Of a DNA stretch of 62,000 bases, positions 38,191-51,105 are shown in pieces. The translations under genes and the position numbers were made by a program. How positions within the stretch are numbered: the first letter of the stretch is position 1; each line of letters starts with the position of its first letter. The notes beneath the pieces are model-generated. The model made no database searches and was not told where the DNA came from. It was given only the letters and a program-made list of their open reading frames with translations. The stretch is from Mobula hypostoma (lineage: Eukaryota): assembly GCF_963921235.1 (NCBI RefSeq), contig NC_086108.1, positions 26,536,001 through 26,598,000 of the forward strand. The letters are read 5' to 3'.

Positions 38191-39371
38191 GATTGTTCCT
38201 GATATAATCTATTGGTTATGGCTTTGCTTAGCTCTGCCTCACGTGTTGTTTTTAATATTTAGCTCAGTTCTATCACTGGCTCTGCAATTGTTAAGAATTT
38301 CCTTGCTTTATTCCAGACCATCTATTTTTATTTATTATTATCATTCCAACCAATGGCGCTGTGATTGGTGGGGATTCTATGGAATATTCTTATCACTGTC
38401 CCTGTAATTATCAAACCCTCCTTGTGCTGAGGGGAAAGACTGGAGAAGCTCAGCAGTTCAGGCAGCATCTGTAGAGAGAGTACCTCAGGTGTTAACTGTG
38501 CTCTGCCTGCTGAACTTCCGACCATTTCCAAATTTCAATGTTACTATTTCAGACTTTGAACAGGTGTTGTTTCTCTGAGGATTTCACGTCCTATGTGGTA
38601 ATGTTTTTGTAACATTTTTATTGATGGAATTTGGTGCTTATTTCTATCAATGACTCAGAATTTTTTTCAATTTTGTGTATAATTCCAATCAGTTTTTTCA
38701 ACATTCAGCAAGTTCTATTGGACTGTTCCAATCAGTCTTCCACACAGTGTTTCCCAGTATCATTCCTATCAACAGTTCTGTGATTGGTGAAGTTTCAATA
38801 CAATATTCTTCTTCTTTCTTGACATGATAATTGATGGAGTTCTCTTGTATTATTTCTATCAATTGTACTACTTTGGGCAGAGCTGCTTTATTATTGTGAC
38901 TGATAGAATTTCCTCACTGTATAATTGTCAATGATGCTGTGATGCATGGAATTTCCTTGCCCTATTCCTGTCAGTGTCATTGTGTTTGGTGGGGCAATTT
39001 TGTGTCGGTGTCACAGAGACTGGTGGAATTCTTCATATTACAGTACTTGCAACTAGTCCAGTGAGTTGGCCTCAAGTTGTGCAAACTTCCATATCTAGAT
39101 ATAAAGTGGTCTGCCCCACGTGGCACTGACTAGGCACATCTGTTTTCCAGTAGAACCAACAGATCTCAGTGGCCCCGGTCAGGAACAATTGCTTAACAGC
39201 GATGATCATTGATGTTGTTATCCAACCACCGAGTCCTTGTATTATCCTTGTTGTCATTGTGATAGTTGTTTTTATCAAAGTGAAGGCCAAAGTTAGAATT
39301 ACATGCCTTTCTCAGGTTGGAAAGATGTAGTGGAATGGCCTGGGTATATGATCTTGACACTCAATGATTTA

Positions 39372-39800
39372 CTATTTCAAAGTCAAAGTAATTATCAAAA
39401 TGTATAAATATTTCCATATTTTACCTTAAGATTTATTTTCATGCAGGTATTTACAGAAGAATAACAAATTACATGAGCAAAGACTGATAAACAGCCAATG
39501 TGCAAAATAAATTAAACTGTGCAAATGAAAATTTAATTAATACTGAGAACATGAGTTGTACAGGCAGTCCTTTAAAGTTTGTCTGTAGGTTGTGGAATCA
39601 GTTCAGAGTTGTGGTGAGTGGAGTTATCCATGATGGTTCAGAGCCTAATGGTTGTAGAGTAATAACTGTTCCTGAACCTGGTGGTGTGGGACCTAAGGCT
39701 TCTGTACCTCCTGCCCAATGGTAGTAGAGAGAAGAGAGCATGCCCTGGATGTTGGGGGCCCCTTGGTGATGGATGTGCCCTTCTTGTGGCAGTGCTTAAG
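39372..39800 (-). mobile_element. Rex-Babar-type 3' fragment
   Basis: Same 3' UTR and RFRNSYY.TTIRL motif as 25095-25530. Confidence 0.7.
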
Positions 39801-39839
39801 GTGCATTGAATATAAAATAACTAAATATACTTATTACCC

Positions 39840-40700
39840 AAAAGTAGGTGTAAGGACACATTACTGTGAAGTTTTCCTGATTCTACTGCAGGATCTAGAC
39901 AGATTGAGTAAGTGTGGAAAATTTTGGCAAATGAATTTTAATGCTGAGATGTGTGACATCATGTGTTTTGGTGTGAGGAATCAAGAAGCAGATTATTGTC
40001 TCAGTGGAGTGAGATTGCAAATGAGTGAAGCACAGAGGGATCTAGAGGTGTTCTAGTGCACAAGTCAGAAACGTTACAGGAAGGTACATCAAATATTTAA
40101 GAAGGGGACAGTATTATTGGCATTTATTGCAAGGCAGCTGGAGTTTAGAAATGGAGAAGTTTTGTAACAATCCTACAGGGTATTGGCAACACTCACAACA
40201 CGCTGGAGGAACTCAGCAGGTCGGACAGCATCCGTGGAAAAAGATCGGTCGACGTGCTTTGACCCCAGCATCTGCAGATTATTTTGTGTTTACTATAGGG
40301 TATTGGTCAGGCAATACCAGTTTTGCTTGCCTTATTTAAGAAATGCCTATGGTAATGCTGGAGACAATTCAAAGGGAATTCACCAGGTTAATTCCTGGGA
40401 ATGAGAGAATTATATATTCAAGAGATCCTGAGCAGCTTGGGTCTGTATTCCTTGTGGTTTAGAAAGATGACAAGTGAAATTATTTGCCGCAAGATCCTAG
40501 CATGATGTGACAAGGTAGATGCTGAGATATTTTCTCTAATGGGAGAGTCTGGAATGAGGGGACATAGGTACATGATAAAGAGAAATGAAGCATAGAAATG
40601 TTATTTCCCAAAGGGTAGTTAATCTCAAGAATGCGCCCCAGAAATTTGCAGATGCTGGATCACAGGAATTTTTGAAATTGTAATTTATGAAAGATTAGGG
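39840..40700 (+). mobile_element. Old CR1 RT fragment
   Basis: LQDLDRLSKCGKFWQMNFNAEMC motif; interrupted at 40187-40292. Confidence 0.75.
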
Positions 40701-40719
40701 AATTGGGGGTTCTCAGGAG

Positions 40720-42632
40720 AATCAGAATCGGGTTTAATATCGCTGACATATATTGTGTAATTTTCTGTTTTGTGGCAGCAGTACAATGCGATACAAAATA
40801 ATAAGAAAATTATATATTGCAATAAGAAAAAAAAATTAAATTACAAAGTAGTGCAAAATGAGAGCAAAACAGAAAAAAAGTCAGTGAGTAGTGTACATAG
40901 GTTCACTGTCCATTCAGGAATCTGATGGCAGAAGGGAAGAAGCTGGTCTTAAAACACTGAGGAACAGCATTGAGGAGTCTTCAGGTTCCTGTATCTCTTA
41001 CTTGATGGTAGCAATGGGAAGAGCGTATGTCCTGGGTGATGGGGTCCTTAGTGAATGATGCAGCCTTTTTGAGGCATCGCTTTTTAAAGGTGTCCTCGAT
41101 GCTGGGGAGGCTAGTGCCCGTGGTGGAGCTGGGTGATTTACAGCTTTCTGCAGTTTCTTTCTGATCCTGTGCAGTGGTCTCTCCATACCACATAAAGTCA
41201 AGTCAAGTCAAGTCAAGTCACTTCTTATTGTCATTTCAACCATAACTGCTGGTACAGTACACAGTAAAAATGAGACAATGTTTTTCAGGACCATGGTGCT
41301 ACATGAAACAATACAAAAACTACACTGAACTATGTAAAACAACACAAAAACTACACTAGACTACGGACCTACCCAGGACTTCATAAAGTGCACAAAACAG
41401 TGCAGGCATTACAATAAATAATAAACAAGACAATAGGCACAGTAGAGGGCAGTAGGTTGGTGTCAGTCTAGGCTCTAGGTATTGAGGAGTCTGATGGCTT
41501 GGGGGAAGAAACTGTTACATAGTCTGGTTGAGAGAGCCTGAATGCTTTGGTACCTTTTGCCAGATGGCAAAGAGAGAAAAGAGTTTGTATGAGGGGTGTG
41601 TGGGGTCCTTCATAATGCTGTTTGCTTTACAGATGCAGCATCTGATGTAAATGTCTGTAATGGCAAGAAGAGAGACCCTGATGATCTTCTCAGCTGACCT
41701 CACTATCCGCTGCAGGGTCTTGTGATCTGAGATGGTGCAATTTCCTAACCAGGCAGTGATGCAGCTGCTCAGGATGCTCTCAATACAACCTCTGTAGAAT
41801 GTGGTGAGGATGGGGGGCGTAGGAGATGGACTTTTCTCAGCTTTCGCAGAAGTAGAGACGCTGCTGGGCTTTCTTTGCTATGGAGCTGGTGTTGAGGGAC
41901 CAGGTGAGATTCTCCGCCAGGTGAACACCAAGAAATTTGGTGCTGTTAACGATCTCTACAGAAGAGTCATCGATGTTCAGCAGAGAGTGGGCGTTCCGTG
42001 TCCTCCTGAAGTCAACAACCATCTCTTTTGTTTTGTTCACATTCAGAGACAGGTTGTTGGCTCTGCACCAGTCCGTTAGCCGCTGCACCTCCTCTCTGTA
42101 TACTGACTCATCATTCTTGCTGATGAGACCCACCACGGTCATGTCATTGGCGAACTTGATGGTGTGGTTCGAGCTGTGTGTTGCAGCACAGTCGTGGGTC
42201 AGCAGAGTGAACAGCAGTAGACTGAGCACACAGCCCTGGGGGGCTCCCATGCCCAGTGTGATAGTGTTGGAGATGGTGTGATGGTGTTGCAACCAGTGAG
42301 AATGTTCCCCATGGAACATGTAGAAATTTGCGGTTGTCTTTGGTGACATACCAATTCTCCTCAAACTCCTAATGAAATATAGCTGCTGTCATGCTTTCTT
42401 TATAATTGCATCAATATATTAGGCCCAGGGTAGATCTTCAAAGATGTCGATATCCAGGAACATGAAGCTGCTCACACTTTCCACTGCTGATCCCTCGATG
42501 AGGACTGCTGTGTGTTCCCTCAACTTCCCCTTCCTGAAGTCCACAATTAATTCCTGGTTTTTACAGATGTTGAGTTGCAATACCACTCAACCAGCTGATC
42601 TATCTCACTCCTGTATGCCTCCTCGTCATCAT
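40720..42632 (-). mobile_element. Rex-Babar LINE interrupted by a second Rex-Babar copy (41195-42277, (gactt)n tail)
   Basis: GAPQGCVLS..LFTLLTHDC, KFAND and KTKEMVVDFRR; (aagtc)n at 41195-41220. Confidence 0.85.
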
Positions 42633-43267
42633 GACTAGCACATGAGGAGTTGAGATCTGGGTAGATCAGTTGTGAACGTATCAAATGGTAGGACTGGCTC
42701 GACGGGCCAAGTGGCCTACTTCTGCTCTTAGTTTTTGTGTTCTTTCATTTTCTTGCTGTATTTCCAATTGATCGCAGTATATTGCCTAATAATAACTGTA
42801 AATTTCTTTGATGACTCTCGGTAGTATCAGAGTAGCCAATTGATATTCCCACTACTTCACCTTTTGTGTTGACATGTTTGCTGTAATTTCTTGTCATTAA
42901 TCCCGTCTATATGATACTCCTCATTGCCAGTGCTAACTCTTGTGTTTCGCAAAACATTTATCTGAGATGATTTCATTTAATGCTTCTTTGCTGTAGTAGT
43001 CGAACCAGAGATCAAGTGGCAGAAGTGGATTTATTTATTGCAAAATTGAAAATGCATAAACAGTACAGAGGAAACAATTGAGATTAAAGAGATTAAAGTC
43101 AAACTGACAGGTTTAATCTAATAGTGAATGCTGAGTGTGTGAGTCTGTAAACTTTAGGTAAACTCTCCTAATGTATTTAGTTCCAAATTTATTCTAAATT
43201 GAGGATTATCTGAATAATGTTGCATATTGCTGATGAATGTACTTGACACATTTTTCTGAACGTTCAT

Positions 43268-43575
43268 ACTTATTTATTTATTGAGGTACAACACAGAACA
43301 GGCCCTTCTGGATTTTGAGCCGCACCACCCAGCAACCTCTGATTTAACCCTTGCCTGCCCACAGGAGAATTTACAATGACGAACATACTTACTAATTGGT
43401 ATGTTTTTGGACTGTGGGAGGAATCTGGAACCGCCGGAGAAAGCCCATGGAAGGACATACAGACTCCTTACAAATGATGTGGGAATTGGGAGTTCAATTC
43501 CCACATCATTTGTAAGGAATCTGACAGACCGAGCTGTAATAGTGTCACTCTAACCACTACACTACCAGGGCACCC
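43268..43575 (-). mobile_element. HE1-like V-SINE with an internal inverted duplication
   Basis: V-domain motif; tccttacaaatgatgtgggaattg and its reverse complement at 43465-43519. Confidence 0.75.
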
Positions 43576-44295
43576 TCATTACTCCTGTTGGACTCTTTTC
43601 CATTGCGCCGTAGTTCTGAATTTTTACCACTTCATTGCTCATGGGCAAAAAGAACAGAACCATGAAGGTACACGTACAGAAAAAGAACTAGTTACATTTA
43701 GGTCTTGGCATGCTCCACTATAGAGACAAAATGTCAACCAATTTCCTGTAAAAAGGATTTACTAAAGGAGATGGGGTCAATAACCTGGTACTGCTCTGTT
43801 GGAAATTCGGACTTCATTCTGGTGGGACTTTTTGTTTTCATTGGTTTTGTTATGAATTTCTAAGTAACAAAGCTTGGTTTAGCTGCTAACCATTTTAATG
43901 CCATAGGCCAATACCATTAAGCAAGGGGTCTGTGGAGCCCAAGTTGGAAAACCCATGGATCAGCATCTTATCCAATAGATTGTGGTAAAGATGGTATGAA
44001 TTTAATCTCAAATGGAAAACAGGAAGCTCATCAAAGATCAGGAAAACTGGTAAAAGAAAATAATTGCCTAACACCACAAAGTGTAGTGCAAAGCAGCAGG
44101 GAATACATTTTTCATCAATATTGTATCATCCTGCTGATTACCTAAGCTAAATCTTGCTCCATGCAACCTCACAATCAAGAATTTTATAAATGACTCCACA
44201 GTATTTTCAGCAAAAATCATCTACAGAATACTGGACATGATTTCTATCAGATTAATGACAAGGTCCCGACACAATACCCTCATTGTAAGATACAA

Positions 44296-45027
44296 TCATT
44301 GTTGGTAGAATCTCAGGTGGTGAGGAGAGGGTGTATGGGGTGAGATATGCCAACTAGTGGAATGATGCCACAGCAACAACCTGGCATTCAACATCAGTAA
44401 GACAAAAGAGCTGATCGTGGACTTCAGGAAGGGTAAGACAAAGGAACACATACCAATCCTCATAGAGGGATCAGAAGTGGAGAGAGTGAGCAGTTTCAAG
44501 TTCCTGGGTGTCAAGATCTCTGAGGATCTAACCTGTCCCAATATATTGATGTAGTTATAAAGAAGGCAAGGCAGCAGCTATACCTTATTAGGAGTTTGAA
44601 GAGATTTGGCATGTCAACAAATACACACAAAAACTTCTATTGTTGTACCGTGGAGAGCATTCTGACAGGCTGCATCACTGTCTGGTATGGAGGGGCTACT
44701 GCACAGGACCGAAAGAAGCTGCAGAGGGTTGTAAATCTAGTCAGCTCCATCTTGGGTACTAGCCTACCAAGTACCCAGGACATCTTCAGAGAGCTTTGTC
44801 TCAGAGAGGCAGCGTCCATTATTAAGGACCTCCAGCATTCAGGGCATGCACTTTTCTCACTGTTACCATCAGGTAGGAGGTACAGAAGCCTGAAAGCACA
44901 CACTCAGTGATTCAGGAACAGCTTCTTCCCCTCTGCCACCCGATTCCTAAATGGACATTGAATCCTTGGACAATACCTCACTTTTTTTAACATACAGCAT
45001 TTCTGTTTTTTGTACATTTTAAATCTA
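44296..45027 (+). mobile_element. Rex-Babar LINE 3' fragment
   Basis: KTKELIVDFRK, FKFLGV and NFYCCTVESILTGCITVWYG motifs. Confidence 0.85.
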
Positions 45028-47049
45028 TTCTCCTGCACCTATTTTCTATGTTTCTATGTTTCTGAATCTAATATGACATGAGCCAATTGACTTTTATATA
45101 TCACAAAGTAACTTGTGAGATTGTGGAATGTGATACCCAAGCATGAATAAAGTCCACAGATTCAAGATTAGGTTATAAATACTCAGTCACATTGAAGTGG
45201 TGGAGTAGATTCTTGTTCTTTACAAAGATTGGTGTTTTAGTTGTACTTTATGTTTGGTTTGAAACCACTAATTCTATTATTTTTGGTATTACAAATATAC
45301 TTCATTCCCATCTAGCCAACATTTTCAGCCTCCTGTTCCCTGGCATGGACTCCTATCTTCTCCATGGTCTTTCTTGCCTCTCTCATGTTAACCTGTGTTC
45401 CTTGATCACTATTTCCCTCTGAACTGCAGCCTTTTATCTGTTCTGTATGTTAGCTGACATTGTAAATGAATCCTGAGTATTTCTCCATTTCAATCTCTAA
45501 ATTTATCTTGCTGTCTCCCTAATATTTATGAAGTGCCATCATCTGCCAAACTAATGGCTAATTATACCCTAGTTTCATGCTTGTACCTCTCGGGCAAATT
45601 CCCTAACTTTGTAGTTATACCTCCCAACTCAATTCCCATTCTTGTATAAGAATGACACATCTGTAACCTCAGAGAAAAAATCATGGCCATATTTTCTTAT
45701 CCTTCCTCATTTTCCTTGATCTTGCTGCAGTCTTTACAGGTTTGACATCATAATCGAATGACTATTTCTTCATCATCATCATAAACAGGTTGCCTATCCT
45801 TGCCTATCCAATCATGGCTAGAGGAACTTCAGGGTCTCAAGAGGTACTGCAGATGCTGGAAATCTAGAGCAATGTGCATAATATGCTAGAGGAGTTCAGT
45901 AAGTTGAGCAGCATTGATGGATGGAAGTAAACCGACGATGCTGCCTAACCTGCTGAGCTCCTCCAGCAAATTCTGTGTATTGTGCTAGATAAACTTCAAT
46001 TGCTCTTCTTCCTTCTACATGATTAACTCTAGAAGTTATTCCCATTCCTCATTTTCCTCATTAACTGTACACCTTTCCCCCCCCCCCCCCATTCCTGTCA
46101 GCTCCTGTCAAGCTCATCTTCAGGAATGGAAATGGCTTCGACAATGGGATCCATTTCCCGTCTTCACCATCCCTGTGAATACTCCTATTGAGATTAGATC
46201 ATTCGTAGCTTCACAGCTGAGAAATTTCTGTTTGGTCGGAGACATGAAACTGAGAATGTGTTTAGATTAGATTATTGCCATGAAGATGGTAGAATATATG
46301 CAGGGGATTAAATGGCCTGAGCAGCATTTCAGGAGGAAAGAAATTGTCAATGTTTCAAAATGAAACTCAGGGCTGACAATTATTTTTCTTGTACAGGTGT
46401 TGTTTGAGCTGTTGAATTCCTCCAGCAGGTTGTTTGTCATTCCAGTTTCTAGCATTTGCAGTCTCATGTGGTCAGGTTAAATGGCTTATTGACTATATTT
46501 GTACATTATATAATATCAGCTCTCACTGTCTTTATTAGCATATAATGAATGTTGAATTATGGGCTGTTGATGGTAGCATAGGGAAAATGAAATGGGATTA
46601 TTGTACAATAAATGGGTAATCAATGTTTAGTGTGGATTTGGACTGAAGGGGCGTTGCCTCTCTGTACAGTGGTGCTTTATCCTATACAAAACAAGTGCGG
46701 GTAATAATAGTCCTCCAGGTTCACAATGCCCCGTGCAGGGTTTTCAAATAAATTGTCAGCAGTTCACTTACTCTCACAAATGCTGTTTGACCCACTGAGT
46801 TCTTCCAGCAGATGTTGTTCAATGCTAGTGTTGGCATACACACTTTACAACGGCTTGGAGTAACTTCTATTTGATTCAACAATTAATCTCTAAATTAATT
46901 TGCTTAAAGAACAATGAGTGAGAGACGTGCATTAATCTTTGACGATCTGGAGACCTCACAAATCATTAATTACTACTTTAATGTGGGAGAAAGTGCAGAT
47001 AAAGCAAGCTGCTACAAAGAACAATGAGATAGTGGCCTGATAATCTAAT

Positions 47050-47139
47050 AAAGGGTCTCGGCCCGAAACGTCGACTATACCACTTCCTAGAGATGCTGCC
47101 TGGCCTGCTGCGTTCACCAGCAACTTTGATGTGTGTTGC
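47050..47139 (+). mobile_element. 90-bp Penelope-derived mini-insertion (partial hammerhead)
   Basis: Near-identical to 60526-60611; 7-bp TSD atctaat (47043-47049, 47140-47146). Confidence 0.75.
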
Positions 47140-47494
47140 ATCTAATTTTAGTAATGCTTTTGTTTTGTTTTCCTCTGTTTTTTAATGTCTGACCTGACAG
47201 ATAGTAGCTCCAATGGTGTGACTATACTTTGCTCTCAAGTTTCATTCATGCCAGTGAAATTTACAACCTTCTGAAATGGAAATGACTGAGAGAAGATTGA
47301 TAATCCAGTGCACAACTTTTTTTGAGTACATCCACCAAAAATATGTCACTTTCCAATTAATTTATGGGCCCTACTTGAAAATAAGAAACTAACCGGTGTA
47401 GAAGAATAAACATATCTACAAGTATAAGTACACAATATCAGAGGCTGTAGTCTATGTTAATAAAGTCAAAAAAATCAATCCTTTAGTGCTTTAT

Positions 47495-47830
47495 TGGTGC
47501 AGCATAGTGAGGCTGCTAGAAGTGTCATTACCTCATGGCATCAGAGACCCAGGTTGAGACCTGGCTGTTGAATCTGTACACTCTCCCTGTGACTGCCTGA
47601 GTTTCCTCTTTGGTTTCCCAAAGACACACAGGTTAATCAGTTAGTTGGACACTGAATATTACCCCTAGTTATTAGGCAAGTTGGTAGAATCTGGGGATTT
47701 GATAAGAAAATGGGGAGAATAAACCTCACTTGGGACTAATATAGAATTTTTGTAAAAGGATGGTTGATGGTCGGCAGGAACTTGATGGGCTGAAGGGCCT
47801 GTTTTCATGCTGTTTCACTGTCTCTCATTA
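47495..47830 (+). mobile_element. Decayed HE1-like SINE
   Basis: ctctccctgtgactgc...tttcct and gatgggctgaagggcctgttt tail. Confidence 0.65.
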
Positions 47831-48872
47831 TGACTCTGCTGTAAAAGGCTTGTTGCTGTCCTATATATTCTGTGTAATTCCACATAGTGTTCAATACCAT
47901 GTGTGGTAGTTTTATTGTCAAGAAATTAACTTGGATTAAAATAGGCCAAGCAAGAATTTTCCACGTGTACTAAAAGTAGTCCACTAAGGAATTTATACTC
48001 TGGAGTACATTGCAACATTAAAAACAATATAGTCCAAGTTCCATTATGTAAAGTGCACCATTATTATCTATAACTGTAGTATAATCTGAAGTGTTCTACT
48101 CTGTACTGTACTACTGGAGCATATAAAGATGCAATTAGTTTCAGTAACAATTTGTTGTTTAACGTGTGCAAGGATTAAATGATATACTGAATCGCATGGT
48201 GAAAGAGCTCAAGTGCAATAGAAATCAAATGTATATGGGAACAGTAACTGCCTACAAATGAAATGGTACATAACGTACCTGATATAACAGAAGTCATGCA
48301 GTTGCCTCTTGTACCTTTTTAGAACTCTCAGCTGACTCTATTTATACACTATCAGATCAGATCAGATGCTGCATGTATTAGCTTTTACATTTAAACTCAG
48401 ATTTTATATGAAGAAGCTTATCCATCTCAAATAGCTCAGAGTGAATGTGTCAGCGTTTTAACTGGGTGCTGCACATTGAATATTGGATTGGATATTGACA
48501 CATAGTTTGTGGCAATGGAGGTATGTTGTTTCCAACAGCCGAACCAATCCATGAGAGCCTGTTTAGTTGAACTTGGGCAGTTTTCTTTAAGCATTGAAAA
48601 AGAAACTCTGAAAGAATTAGTTTATTGCTTACATTTTTAGGATCATTTCAACACTTAAAATCTGCACTGTAGATACAGGAGAGGACTGTTTATGGAAGGG
48701 CTTAATGTATGGATCATATCCTCCTGTGGGATCTTAAGAATTTCACAACTCTGCGGGGAGCAAAGCAGCCTATTTGAGACAATCTATACTTCTAAACAAA
48801 AGTATCTCAGTTTTTGGGAAGTCAGGGTGGAGAAAGCATGCAGGCAATTGATAGCAGTTCTGTAGTTCTCTA

Positions 48873-49150
48873 AAATATGATCCTCTCATATCCCTTTTGC
48901 CAATCACCTGTCCGGCTCTTGGCTCCATCCCTCCCCCTTCTGTCTTCTCCTATCATTTTGGATCTCCCCCTCCCCCTCCCACTTTCAAATCTCTTACTAG
49001 CTCTTCCTTCAGTTAGCCCTGATGAAGGGTCTCGGCCCGAAATGTCGACTGTACCTCTTCCTACAGATGCTGCCTGGCCTGCTGTGTTCACCAGCAACTT
49101 TGATGTGTGTTGCTTGAATTTCCAGCATCTGCAGAATTCCTCATGTTTAC
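48873..49150 (+). mobile_element. Penelope terminal-repeat fragment
   Basis: Highly similar to 60378-60611; 9-bp TSD agttctcta (48864-48872, 49151-49159). Confidence 0.82.
49015..49051 (+). ncRNA. Minimal type I hammerhead ribozyme motif
   Basis: agcc-CTGATGA-a-ggg-tctcgg-ccc-GAAA-t-GTC-gact: intact CUGANGA and GAAA core, stem II and a GUC cleavage triplet. Stem I has one mismatch. Confidence 0.65.
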
Positions 49151-49481
49151 AGTTCTCTAGAAGTTTGTTTGCTTTAAGGATTAAGTGGGCTGCTGTTGGT
49201 AGCATAATGGACAAGTAAATGATACTTCTAGCTGGGTGATGGTGGTCATGCAGTTTGATGACTGGGGTGGTGCAGGAGATAGTTGGTGGGAGGGTTTTGC
49301 TGGTGGGAATTTTGATCTTAGAGTAGTCATTGTAAACTTGCGGTTAATTGCTGCTCAGACTCCCTTTGTTATGGCTTGCAAATCCAAAAGCACTACTCTT
49401 GGTCACAAGCGGATTGGTAATATATTTATGTTTTTGTGGCCTCTGTGTGGATGTCTGCAAAGTTTTATTGAGCTCTGTGTT

Positions 49482-50214
49482 CATCATCATCATCATCAGG
49501 TGCCGTGCCCAGTTTGAGCTTTGACTGCCATGGCCCACACACTTCTGTCTCGGGTCAAGTGGATCAATTCATTGGTATTCATTTCCAGGTCTTTGGCTGC
49601 TGTCTCCATCATCATTTATCTTTGTCTTCCTCTTGCTTTCTTCCCTTCAATCTTTCCCATAATTACCATGCATTCTAACTTCTCTTTCCTAATCACATGC
49701 CCAATGAAGTTACGTTGCCTTTTCATGATCTCATACATTATTTCTCTTGTTGTGTTTGCTCTGTTCATGACATCCTCATTAGATATTCGTTTTGTCCATG
49801 ACGTTCTTTGCATCCTCCTCAAAAACCACATCTCTGCTGCTTCAATTCATTTCCTCGTGTTACTAGATATTGTCCAACATTCTGAGCCATATAACATAAC
49901 TGGATAAACATAACATCTCAGTACTCTGAGGCAGGTTGTCATACCTAGTTTAGTGTTGGTCTGTATACTCTTCATTCTCATAAAGGTGTCTTTTACCATC
50001 CCTATTCTTCTTTTGATGTCCATGTCGCACCTGCCATCTGATGTCACCCAGCTTCCTATGTAGCAAATGTTCTGTACTTGTCTTATGTCTTCCCCATTTA
50101 TTCTCAGCCTGCAGATAGGATTTTCCTTCCTTTTGGATATCACCATACATTCTGTCTTTTTGCAATTGATAGGAAGACCCATTTTTGCACTTTCTTCAAC
50201 AATTATATCAATTA
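49482..50214 (-). mobile_element. 5'-truncated RTE-clade LINE
   Basis: INCKKTECMVI, DIKRRIG, YGSECWT, WFLRRM and GKKARGRQR motifs; (TGA)n tail; 11-bp TSD agctctgtgtt (49471-49481, 50215-50225). Confidence 0.9.
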
Positions 50215-50582
50215 AGCTCTGTGTTACTCTTTCATAATTTAATGTTGTATTAATATCTGATCCTTATGGGAGGCCTGAAAATGATATTCGTTAATGATGA
50301 AAGCATGGTTTATGCAGGCACTACAGTCATATAAAACAGTTGATATCGTAGTGGGACATGGCCAAAAACTTGGACCTAAAATTAATCCAAGAAGTTAACT
50401 TGGATTAAAACAGGCAAAGCACGAAGTTTCCACAAATGAACTAAAAGTAGTCCACAAAGAAATTTATACTCCAGAGGGTATTGTAATATTAAAGGGAATT
50501 TTCCAAACTGGTTCACTGTCATTCTTGAACTGTCAATGTCACATATGTACTTTGTTTACGGAAGGACAATGACCCTCTAACA

Positions 50583-50662
50583 TAGAGGTTCCCAACTGGG
50601 GGTCCACAGACACCTCAGTTAATGGTAGGGGTCCATGGATTAAACAAGCTGGAGAAACACTG
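50583..50662. mobile_element. 80-bp hAT MITE
   Basis: Imperfect Charlie-like TIRs; 8-bp TSD ctctaaca (50575-50582, 50663-50670). Confidence 0.75.
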
Positions 50663-51026
50663 CTCTAACATGTCTCCTATGGTATGTGCAGTGATGCTGC
50701 GACAAGTAAGTTTTTCATTATACCCGTGCATACATGTGCTTGTGCAGGTGACAATAAACTTGACTTTGACTTTGAATTGCTATACCTCCAGAGGTCCTGA
50801 ATGGAATGCAGACTGCTGTTCCTGGACTTGTTCTGCTCCAGTAGATGAGGAAATGAGCACAACAATGAATTCACAATGGTGGCGAATGGTGTGGTACGCT
50901 CAAACAAATACAACAAAAAGAAAATTCCTCTTGAATAAATAGCTTAACATTTTAGATTCTGAAGTACCAGAAAAATAGATGCCTGAAGAAAAAAAAAGTT
51001 CTCAAAGGTAAGGAGTGCCTTGAACA

Positions 51027-51105
51027 CAGGTGTTCCCAACCTGGGACCCCAGGCCACTCAGTTAATGGTAGTGGTCTACAGCATAAAAAGGGTTGGGAAC
51101 CCCTG
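51027..51105. mobile_element. 79-bp hAT MITE (same family as 50583-50662 and ~43880-43958)
   Basis: TIRs caggtgttcccaacc / ggttgggaacccctg; shared ctcagttaatggtag core. Confidence 0.75.

Larger units (their letters stand above)
29430..42950. repeat. Highly degenerate ~43-bp tandem array fragmented by TE insertions
   Basis: A recurrent GTGATTGRTGGA..TT..C...TATTCCTATCA motif fills the inter-TE segments (32380-32950, 34420-35190, 38190-39050; weaker at 29430-29890 and 42750-42950). Motif spacing is often 42-44 bp. Confidence 0.6.

Noticed and set aside
41195..41220. (AAGTC)n and similar short arrays as satellite or CRISPR-like repeats
   Set aside because: These are 3' tails of LINEs in a eukaryotic context, with no spacer structure.
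47044..47050. ctaataa as a mutated CUGANGA hammerhead core
   Set aside because: It overlaps the atctaat TSD, so this copy is simply truncated upstream of stem II.
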